In this document: positions 56,465-64,000 of the stretch, piece after piece
How positions within the stretch are numbered: the stretch's first letter is position 1
Layout of the letters: each line of letters starts with the position of its first letter
Origin: Bacteriovoracia bacterium
Lineage (GTDB): Bacteria > Bdellovibrionota > UBA1018 > CAIPTA01
DNA length: 64,000 nucleotides
NCBI GenBank assembly: GCA_050246755.1
Contig: JBFWVL010000002.1
Location: 1 to 64,000, forward strand
Direction of reading: 5' to 3'
Translations under genes and position numbers: made by a program
The notes under the pieces: model-generated
What the model was told of the DNA's origin: nothing
The model's input: the letters and a program-made list of their open reading frames with translations, nothing else
Database searches by the model: none

Positions 56465-57514
56465 ATGAAGACTTTTATACTAGGGGCGGGAGCGAGTTAC
56501 AACTACGCTTATCCGTTAGGCGCGGGCTTGGTGGACCGTTTGATTCGAAGCGCCGAACCTCCCGACCCGCTATACGCCTCGTTGCACGAGCTTTCCCAGG
56601 CGGCAAGGGTGAACGTTTCCGCTGATATGCTGCGAATGTTTGCCGATGATTTTCATGCATCGGGAAGGCCATCCGTAGATGCATTTCTCTTTGATAGAAA
56701 AGAAGACTATGGAGACCTCGTAAAGGTAGCCGTGGCCACTCTATTCTCTGACATAGAGAATAGATTTCCCATCATTGTAAGAAGAGGCGCCGGTGATCAG
56801 ATGGCGATTGGCGCCCATGTGCGCGCGGGAACGGATAATTATTGGGACGAAGCTGCAAATACTACTGCCTGGTATAAACCCTTTTTCAACGCCATTTTCT
56901 CCAATAAAGCGGAATGCTTTAGGGGAGACATTAAGATCATTACCTTTAACTATGACCGTTCATTCGAATTTCATCTAGAAGCGTTCTTGAGGTCCATTGG
57001 TCTAAGCACTTCTGATATCGAGAGGGTATTTGCCAATCTAGAGATCATTCACGTGTATGGCTGCCTTGGTTTTCATCCCGCGCACCTCGAAGCGAAGAAA
57101 AAGGGTGCGGTGGTTAGAGCCTATGGCGATAAAAATGTGACGCACTTATGCAATTCACTCCATATGCTCACCTTCATTGGAGATAATCCCGGACGTGCCG
57201 AAGAGATTAAGGAAATAACCAGTGCATCGAAAGAAATTTATTTCGTGGGGTTCGGGTTTTCTGCTGATAATTTGAAAATTCTTGGAATGAAAATGAAAAC
57301 AAGCGAACGGGCTGTGATGGCGTCCACCTTGGCCGGCAACGACTGGAGTTTTGACCGTGTAGTATTCGCGCAAAGGCTTGGCATTCGCCCTGAGAAAATA
57401 TTTCCCAATATGCGAATAACGGCATCTCAATTCGTTTCACGCGTGATAGGGCCACGATTCGCCATGAATTTGACCCTACAGGAAGCGAGAAATATTGGAT
57501 TCGGAAGTTTTTAG
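56465..57514 (+). CDS. SIR2-like (SIR2_2/AbiH-type) domain protein
   Basis: FILGAGAS, ITFNYD, HVYG and VGFGF; AT-richer than its neighbours. Confidence 0.75.
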   Translation: MKTFILGAGASYNYAYPLGAGLVDRLIRSAEPPDPLYASLHELSQAARVNVSADMLRMFADDFHASGRPSVDAFLFDRKEDYGDLVKVAVATLFSDIENRFPIIVRRGAGDQMAIGAHVRAGTDNYWDEAANTTAWYKPFFNAIFSNKAECFRGDIKIITFNYDRSFEFHLEAFLRSIGLSTSDIERVFANLEIIHVYGCLGFHPAHLEAKKKGAVVRAYGDKNVTHLCNSLHMLTFIGDNPGRAEEIKEITSASKEIYFVGFGFSADNLKILGMKMKTSERAVMASTLAGNDWSFDRVVFAQRLGIRPEKIFPNMRITASQFVSRVIGPRFAMNLTLQEARNIGFGSF

Positions 57515-58578
57515 AACGCCTCGATGAATTTCCATAAGCTTTCGCCAATGGCGTTCACGTACTTAGGAATTTCCGTAGGAGAAGGAATCTTTTCCTGTCC
57601 CATCTCGATCGCGATGCCGGCGGTGCCGGCTTTCCAATAGTAGTAATCCGCGCTGGATCCCGGGGCGATATAGATCACGTCGGAAATAGGGCCATAGGCA
57701 TAGTGGTTTTGCGCCGCCATGCTTTGCGTGAGGGAGTGCAGCTTCGCCTTGGTATTGGAATCGATTGGATCGTGGGTATAGGCCCAGGGGTACATGATCA
57801 TTTCTCCGTAGGCGTGGAAGTCCAGCGAGGCCACGGGTTTGATCGTCTCGAATAATTTAATGATACCCGCGATGCTCGCCGTGGGCGTGGCATTTTCCAC
57901 GCCCGGGTAAGGGTAGGAGCGGTTCGGATCCGCGTTTCCATCGAAGCGGCGGGTAGCCGAAAATCCATCCACGTTGAGCACCGGCACGAAATAAAGGTCG
58001 TGCCGGTCGATCATTTGGGTGAAGCGCTCATTGCTTCCGTAGCCCGCGAGGAGCTGATCGATGAGGTTCATCGTAACTTCGGTGGTGATGAGCTCATCAC
58101 CGTGCGTGGCGGCCGTGATCATGAGCGCGGGCTTTGGCGCAGATCCGATATTTAGGCGCAACGCAAGGAGCGGCTTTCCGGAAGCGGACGTTCCGTACTG
58201 CACCACTTTGGCGAAAGGGTACTTGAAGGAGCTGGAGCGCATCCAGTTCTGCACTTCCACGAGGGTGCGGTAGCCGCGGGCTCCATCGAACGCAAAGAGG
58301 CCGTTTTTGAAAGAAGCGAGGCGCTTCTGGTTCGCGGCGGCCATATCCGCCTCGACCAATTTCGCGCGGGGAGCAATCGCGAGAAGCAATTCGGCCTGTT
58401 CTTGGGGGACCACGACTTCAAAGGCGCCGTCGTGGTGGTGGTCGAGGTTAAAGTATTTGGCTACCGAAGCGATCGTGGCGGCGTCGGGGCTTTCTAGCTC
58501 GTAGCTGGAAAGGATCGAGTCCTCGGCTTGGGCAGAAATAGATAGAACGGTAAGTGCGGCAATAAATAGGTATTTCAT
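57511..58578 (-). CDS. secreted M14 zinc carboxypeptidase
   Basis: HGDE, NVDG, DPNR, DFHAY and IEM. Confidence 0.92.
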   Translation of the reverse strand: MKYLFIAALTVLSISAQAEDSILSSYELESPDAATIASVAKYFNLDHHHDGAFEVVVPQEQAELLLAIAPRAKLVEADMAAANQKRLASFKNGLFAFDGARGYRTLVEVQNWMRSSSFKYPFAKVVQYGTSASGKPLLALRLNIGSAPKPALMITAATHGDELITTEVTMNLIDQLLAGYGSNERFTQMIDRHDLYFVPVLNVDGFSATRRFDGNADPNRSYPYPGVENATPTASIAGIIKLFETIKPVASLDFHAYGEMIMYPWAYTHDPIDSNTKAKLHSLTQSMAAQNHYAYGPISDVIYIAPGSSADYYYWKAGTAGIAIEMGQEKIPSPTEIPKYVNAIGESLWKFIEAF

Positions 58579-58650
58579 GATTCCCTCTATGGAAATCATC
58601 TGGGGTAGAGGGGCGGAACGCAATCCTCTGTAAGGAAGCGTTAGGAGAAT

Positions 58651-58665
58651 CGGCCCAAATTATGC
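58651..58665 (+). promoter_or_regulatory. possible sigma54 promoter
   Basis: CGGCCCaaattATGC (GG-N10-GC spacing). Confidence 0.4.
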
Positions 58666-58700
58666 AAATCCGAGGGCAAACGACCTTAAAAGGAGGATCT

Positions 58701-58904
58701 ATGCCACAAGGAAGCAAATCTAGTTATACGAGCAAACAGAAACGCCAAGCCAAGCACATTGAAGACAGCGAGAAGAAGAGCGGAAAATCCGCCAAGTCCG
58801 CCGCCCGCATCGCTTACGCCACGGTGAATAAGCAGGACGGGGGAGGGAAGAAATCCGGCTCCGGCCGCAAAAGTTTCAGCCACGGCCATCGCGCAGCGGC
58901 TTGA
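58701..58904 (+). CDS. small basic general-stress-type protein
   Basis: MPQGSKSSYTSKQKRQAKHIE...AYATVNK..GGGKKSGSGR; AGGAGG RBS. Confidence 0.85.
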   Translation: MPQGSKSSYTSKQKRQAKHIEDSEKKSGKSAKSAARIAYATVNKQDGGGKKSGSGRKSFSHGHRAAA

Positions 58905-58964
58905 GCTTCGAAACCGGCCGCCAGATACTAGCGGCCGGTTGAATGAAAAAATCTGGAGAATAGT

Positions 58965-59315
58965 ATGAGAATTTTTATGGCGGTTTTCCTCGGCTCTTCT
59001 TCCGCAATGAAAGAATGGGAATCCCTGAGCGCGGAAGAAATGAGAAAACGGCAGGTGGCCGGCCAGGAAGCTTGGGGAAATTGGGTGAAGAAGAACCAAG
59101 CCTCGATCGTAGAGCATGGCTCTCCTCTAGGGAAGACGCTGAAGGTAAATTCCAGTGGAGTTTTGCCAACCAAAAATGCATTAACCGCGTATACGGTGGT
59201 GAGAGCCGACTCTCACGAAACCGCCGCAAAGCTATTTTTAGAGCACCCACATTTCACCATCTTCCCGGGAGATTCCGTGGAAGTGATGGAGTGCTTACCG
59301 ATTCCAAAAGTATAA
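58965..59315 (+). CDS. YciI-like protein
   Basis: GSPLGKT and AAKLFLEHPHFTIFPGDSVEVMEC. Confidence 0.8.
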   Translation: MRIFMAVFLGSSSAMKEWESLSAEEMRKRQVAGQEAWGNWVKKNQASIVEHGSPLGKTLKVNSSGVLPTKNALTAYTVVRADSHETAAKLFLEHPHFTIFPGDSVEVMECLPIPKV

Positions 59316-59322
59316 GCTCGCG

Positions 59323-61656
59323 CTAAGTTTTTAGATTTTTCTTCAGCGAAGCCAAGCCAGCGAAGGCATTGTTCTTCAGTTCCTGAACCTTCGGCGGAGG
59401 AGGGGGCGTCGATCCGCGAGGGCCACGCGAGCCTCCGCTGGAAGCGCTGGTGCCTGTGGGCCGAGCGCCCGTGTTCGTATTCGCTTCCTTCTTCATCGAG
59501 AGGGCAATTTGGTTCTTCTCGAAATTCACTTCGAGCACGCGTACTTGCACCTTATCGCCGGGACTCACCACTTCACGGGGATCCTTCACGAAGGTATCGC
59601 TGAGCTGTGAAATATGAACGAGTCCATCCTGGTGCACGCCGATGTCCACGAAAGCGCCAAAGTTGGTCACGTTGGTCACGATCCCTGGGCAAAGAATGCC
59701 GGGCTTCAGGTCTTTCACTTCGTGGATATCTTCGCGGTACTGAAAGGCCACGAATTCTTCCCGGGGGTCTCTTCCCGGCTTTTCCAATTCTTTCACCACG
59801 TCGGCATAGGTAAAGGCACCCACGTCTTGGGCAAATTGCTTATCGGCTTTCAGCGCCGCCACTCCGGGGCCGATCAGATCCGAAACTTTTTTTCCTAGGC
59901 GCTTGGCCACGGTTTCGAGGGCCGGGTAGCGCTCGGGGTGCACGCCCGTATTATCGAGGGGATTTTCGGCATTCGGGATACGCAGGAATCCGGCGCATTG
60001 CTCGAAGGCTTTCTCGGTAAAGCGGGGAAGCTCTTTTAGCTCGGCGCGGGACTTGAATAGTCCTTTTTTATCCCGGTGGCTCACGATGGTTTTCGCGAGC
60101 GAGCTCGAGATGCCGGAAATATGCGCCAGCAGATGAGAGGAGGCGGTATTCAAGTTTACTCCCACGGAGTTCACGCAAGAATCCACGACGAAATCGAGGG
60201 ATTTCTTCAGTTCGTTCTGGGAAACGTCGTGCTGGTATTGGCCCACGCCGATGCTCTTGGGGTCCACCTTCACGAGCTCGGCCAGCGGATCCTGTAAGCG
60301 GCGGGCAATCGAGATCGCGCCGCGCACCGTGAGATCGAGCTCCGGGAATTCCTCGCGCGCTACTTCGCTGGCGGAGTAAACGGAAGCTCCCGACTCACTC
60401 ACCATCACCACGGGTATCTTAATATCGTGTTTTTTGAATACTTCGCGGAAGAAGGTTTCGGTTTCGCGGCCCGCGGTTCCGTTCCCCACGGCCACGGCTT
60501 TCACGTTCGCGTTCTTCACCACTTCCTGGATCATTTTCTCGGCGGTGGATCTCTCCCCGGCGCTCTGGGTATGAATCACGGTAGAAGCCATGTACTCACC
60601 CGAATCCGAAACGAGGGCGAGCTTGCAGCCCGTGCGGATCCCGGGGTCCACGCCGAGCACGGATTTAGAACCGAAGGGGGAGGCGAGCAAAAGTTTGCGC
60701 AGGTTCTCGGCGAATACGTGAATGGCCGCTTCGTCGGCAATCTGTTTCAAGTTTTTATTCACTTCGTTTTCGATGCTGGGGAATACGTAGGCTTTGTAGG
60801 CAAGGAGCGCAGCGCGTTTCAGCAAGGCTGCACCGGGAGCAGATTCCACCTTCACGGCGGCGCGCTCGAAGTGCTGGAGATTTTTCTCGTGAAATTTGTC
60901 GGCCTCGGAGGCTCCATCGATGCCGAGGGTAAGCTCTTCTTCCGTCCAGCCGCGGCGCATGGCTAGGTAGCGGTGCGAGTTGGCGGGATTCTGGAGAGAG
61001 GCGATAGCCTCCACGTGATCGAAATAGCGCTCGAATTTGCTGTTGGGCTGGGGCTTTTTCCCTTTACCGGACTTCATATAGCCGGTTTTGAACGTAGTGG
61101 TGCGCACGAATTCCCGCAATTCAGGTTTCATCGAGAGCATCTCTACGAGGATATCCATGGTTTTTTCGAGCACGGTTTTGAGGTCGGGAACTTCTTTCTC
61201 TTTCGAGATGAATTCCATCGCTTTTACTTCCAGGGCGGCTTCGGCTTTTTCTTCACCCTGCGCCGTATTCCAAATCCAGAGAGCCAGAGGCTCGAGGCCG
61301 GCTTCTTTGGCCAGCATTGCCTTGGTTTTTCTTTTCTGTTTGTAGGGCAGATAAATTTCTTCGAGCTGATCGAGGTCGAAGGTAGAGGTCAGAATTTTTT
61401 TCAGTTCGGGGGTGAGCTTCTTTTGGTGCTCGATTTCGCCGAGAATGAAGGCCTGGCGCTTGAGCACGTTGTCCATCTCCTCTTTGGTCTCGATCACCTT
61501 CTGGACCATCACCTCGTCCATATTGCCGGTTTGCTCTTTGCGGTAACGGGCGATGAAAGCCACCGTGCCGCCCTCCGCGGCGAGCGTGAGAACCGTGCTC
61601 GCGTGGTGAAGGGAAATGCCGGGAATTTTTTTGCTCAACCAAGTTTGAAAATCCAT
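59323..61656 (-). CDS. tex: Tex family RNA-binding transcriptional accessory protein
   Basis: FIARYRKE, DPGIRTGCK, ESGASVYSAS, IGVGQYQHD and S1 domain. Confidence 0.95.
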   Translation of the reverse strand: MDFQTWLSKKIPGISLHHASTVLTLAAEGGTVAFIARYRKEQTGNMDEVMVQKVIETKEEMDNVLKRQAFILGEIEHQKKLTPELKKILTSTFDLDQLEEIYLPYKQKRKTKAMLAKEAGLEPLALWIWNTAQGEEKAEAALEVKAMEFISKEKEVPDLKTVLEKTMDILVEMLSMKPELREFVRTTTFKTGYMKSGKGKKPQPNSKFERYFDHVEAIASLQNPANSHRYLAMRRGWTEEELTLGIDGASEADKFHEKNLQHFERAAVKVESAPGAALLKRAALLAYKAYVFPSIENEVNKNLKQIADEAAIHVFAENLRKLLLASPFGSKSVLGVDPGIRTGCKLALVSDSGEYMASTVIHTQSAGERSTAEKMIQEVVKNANVKAVAVGNGTAGRETETFFREVFKKHDIKIPVVMVSESGASVYSASEVAREEFPELDLTVRGAISIARRLQDPLAELVKVDPKSIGVGQYQHDVSQNELKKSLDFVVDSCVNSVGVNLNTASSHLLAHISGISSSLAKTIVSHRDKKGLFKSRAELKELPRFTEKAFEQCAGFLRIPNAENPLDNTGVHPERYPALETVAKRLGKKVSDLIGPGVAALKADKQFAQDVGAFTYADVVKELEKPGRDPREEFVAFQYREDIHEVKDLKPGILCPGIVTNVTNFGAFVDIGVHQDGLVHISQLSDTFVKDPREVVSPGDKVQVRVLEVNFEKNQIALSMKKEANTNTGARPTGTSASSGGSRGPRGSTPPPPPKVQELKNNAFAGLASLKKNLKT

Positions 61657-61730
61657 AGGGGAAGAGCATAAGGACAAATTTTCAGAATCTCAATGCGAGA
61701 TCGGCTCTGATGCGAAGCGCATCGTAAAAT

Positions 61731-62531
61731 TTAGCACTGGAACCAATCAATATTGAGGCAGACCAGTTTTTCCGAGGGCGAATCGGCCACTTTTTTTGTT
61801 TGCTTTTGGATGAACTGTACGATCTCTTCGCGGATTTTTTTGGCGAGATCCGCGCTCAGGCTCAGTGGCGCAGTATAGTGAAGGTTCTCTTCGTTTCTTC
61901 TGTCCATGGACTGCATGGATTTCATGCGCCAGTTCATGTGGTGCTTCACCACGAACGGTGAATCGTGCGGGACGTGCACCACGTTGGTGCCGAAATCGAA
62001 ACCTTTGCTTTTTTTTATGAGTAAGCCTTTGTCCAAAAGAAAACGGAGCACATCGGCGAGCACTTCTTCCGGAATATTGAAATGTTTCGAGAGCGCCGAG
62101 ACGGAAGAAAATTCCGCAATGGGGGCGGCGAGCCAGGTGGCGATAAAGTACCAGCTGGAATAGAAAACGGCTTTGTCCTCATCGGTAAGCTGCTCATGTT
62201 TTATACGATTCTTGATTGCCTGCCCGCGCAAGCGGCATTCCTCCGCCTGGCGTTTGAGGATAGTGGTGAGGTCGTGGGTGCCGGAGCGGGCGATCTGCAC
62301 GAGCAGCAGGAAATAGTCAGTCTCATTGCTTCCGAGGCCCATGAACTGGGCTAATTTGGCGGCTTGTTCGAGGTTCAGGTCTCTATCACCCTTAAAAACC
62401 TGGCTCATGATCACGGAATTGGTGCCGAGATAGGCGGCGATTCTGCTGTAAATTCCGTAGCCTTTATTTGGCTGTTCCTGCACCCAGGCATTGACGCACT
62501 GCTTATAACTGTCGTATTCGTAGACCGTCAT
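61731..62531 (-). CDS. TIGR02147/DUF4423 family protein (HTH regulator-like)
   Basis: YEYDSYK, MSQVFKGDRDL, FYSSWY, HHMNWR and CLNIDWF. Confidence 0.85.
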   Translation of the reverse strand: MTVYEYDSYKQCVNAWVQEQPNKGYGIYSRIAAYLGTNSVIMSQVFKGDRDLNLEQAAKLAQFMGLGSNETDYFLLLVQIARSGTHDLTTILKRQAEECRLRGQAIKNRIKHEQLTDEDKAVFYSSWYFIATWLAAPIAEFSSVSALSKHFNIPEEVLADVLRFLLDKGLLIKKSKGFDFGTNVVHVPHDSPFVVKHHMNWRMKSMQSMDRRNEENLHYTAPLSLSADLAKKIREEIVQFIQKQTKKVADSPSEKLVCLNIDWFQC

Positions 62532-62662
62532 TCTTAGCCCCGATTGTTAGCAATTTAGATAAAACTATCACTATTTTTTAAGATAAGAGATGTGGAGAGC
62601 GCAAGCGTTATCTGCGAAATGTTGGTGGAGACGATTATTCGAAACCACAACGAGGATCTAGT

Positions 62663-63775
62663 ATGAAAAAGTTTACGATTTGGAATCTAGCATTTCTGAC
62701 GCTCACTTTGAGCAGCATCGCCTTGGCGGATGGAGGGGTAGGTAGCGGAGGCGGCGGGACTACGAATCCGAGTCCTGCCAATCCAGAACATATTTGGTTA
62801 TCGGCCCATTTGTACGGAGCCAAAATAATTACTGCTTGGCTTCATAAGAAGGAAGATGAGTTCAATCACTACAAGGAAGCCGATCAAAAGATATCACCTT
62901 TGGCGAAATTATTCCGGCCAAGCGGAGGAAAAAATATTTACGATCTGTTGATCGATACGGAAATCGAATTTCGCATGAACGAGCCTTGCCGGGATTTCGT
63001 CGGTAATCCTGTCGATGGCAGCATTTACGGCACCCGGCCCGGGTCTATTTGCCTAAGCCCATTTTCTATGGCGCCAAAGCTAAGCGAGATAAATGCCAAC
63101 GCAGAGACTATCGCGCTCCTCATTCACGAGTTTAGCCATTTAGTGGGAGCCAACGAAGAAGAAGCAGTTAAATTGCAGCAAGCTGCTATTTGGGATTTTT
63201 CAAGATTCGATATGTTTGATGCCCTAAGTGCCATCGACGTTTTGGCTACTCCCAAAATGCCTCCTCGCTCAAACGAAATCAATATTCTGATGACGGAACT
63301 TCATATCCTTAAGGCGCAGTTGGAGAATGGTAGAATGCGCTATCGCGATTTTTCTAGCCTAGCGGAGCAGTTTGGCCATATCCGTAGAAAAATCAGTATC
63401 GAGTTTCGTTATCTGCTTTTTATCAGCCCGGCTATTTCTAAACTGTTAGTACCTCACGCGTTGCACTTAGACATTCCTTTAACCTTTGCTTGTGCCAATG
63501 ATGTTACGGAACCCGATCACCAAAAGTGGTGCCAAGACAAATTAGACAAAGGTTTTGGGAGCGAGGAATCTAGTTCTCTTCTTATTTATTTGGCGCGGTT
63601 GTCCGACTCCCCTGAGTCCACTTTTCCTGCGGAATATTCACTGTTAGAGGCAAGGCGGCCAAGATCGGCTCCTGATCTCGTTTTCTACTTGGATTCTTTG
63701 GAGCAGTACCTTGTTGCTCTTCAAGTTGAGGTAGATCATCTCCGTGATCTGCAGCTAAATTTCTACCGAAATTAG
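62663..63775 (+). CDS. secreted protein with HExxH motif
   Basis: Signal peptide ALA, then DGGVGSGGGG, and IHEFSH. Confidence 0.75.
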   Translation: MKKFTIWNLAFLTLTLSSIALADGGVGSGGGGTTNPSPANPEHIWLSAHLYGAKIITAWLHKKEDEFNHYKEADQKISPLAKLFRPSGGKNIYDLLIDTEIEFRMNEPCRDFVGNPVDGSIYGTRPGSICLSPFSMAPKLSEINANAETIALLIHEFSHLVGANEEEAVKLQQAAIWDFSRFDMFDALSAIDVLATPKMPPRSNEINILMTELHILKAQLENGRMRYRDFSSLAEQFGHIRRKISIEFRYLLFISPAISKLLVPHALHLDIPLTFACANDVTEPDHQKWCQDKLDKGFGSEESSSLLIYLARLSDSPESTFPAEYSLLEARRPRSAPDLVFYLDSLEQYLVALQVEVDHLRDLQLNFYRN

Positions 63776-63785
63776 TTTTGTTCCT

Positions 63786-63824
63786 AAAGCAGAGGGGCCT
63801 CAGAAGAGCCGCTTCTGCTTTTTT
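63786..63824 (+). terminator. rho-independent terminator
   Basis: aaagcaga...tctgcttt stem followed by a T-run. Confidence 0.6.
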
Positions 63825-63926
63825 GCGCACGCTCCTTGCTACCCCTCCCCCGAGCTTTGAAATGCTCCGTTATTCGAGGCCAAACGCCTCGGACGCGGGG
63901 CAAAAACACGCAAGGGGAGAATTTAT

Positions 63927-64000
63927 ATGCGTTCGGTCACCTCCATTTTCATTCTTTCTGTTTTGGCAGTCAGTTTCAGTGCGGCGTTTGCGATCGGCGC
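63927..64000 (+). CDS. 5' end of a secreted protein (runs off the window)
   Basis: GGAG RBS and signal peptide MRSVTSIFILSVLAVSFSAAFA. Confidence 0.6.
   Translation, partial: MRSVTSIFILSVLAVSFSAAFAIG

Overview
This is a gene-dense bacterial chromosome segment of moderately high GC. It is probably from a Bdellovibrionota/Oligoflexia-like organism, inferred from a TIGR02147-type regulator and many short-motif secreted proteins. I see no rRNA, tRNA or CRISPR array. Most of the window is ordinary accessory metabolism, stress and regulator genes (map, htpX operon, hflX, tex, SDRs, MATE and Bcr pumps, a GcvT-type dehydrogenase). Four things stand out. (1) At 1-4467, a compact intact tyrosine recombinase (3076-3690) sits next to a series of truncated, unrelated gene pieces. 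Several of the breakpoints coincide with a short GGCANT(A/T) motif, which suggests recombinase-driven serial capture of DNA, although misassembly is an alternative. (2) The stand-alone triterpene cyclase at 26710-28599 has motifs resembling eukaryotic squalene-tetrahymanol cyclase rather than bacterial squalene-hopene cyclase. (3) A divergent RegBA-centred cluster (4952-10274) encodes two YtkA-like Met/His proteins, a redoxin and a Cys-Cys outer-membrane barrel, and is a candidate metal (copper) handling system. (4) Several regulatory elements are readable directly: a yybP-ykoY riboswitch before a half-size UPF0016 exporter, Rrf2 and ArsR operators, and sigma54 promoters. All family assignments come from motif recognition without database searches.
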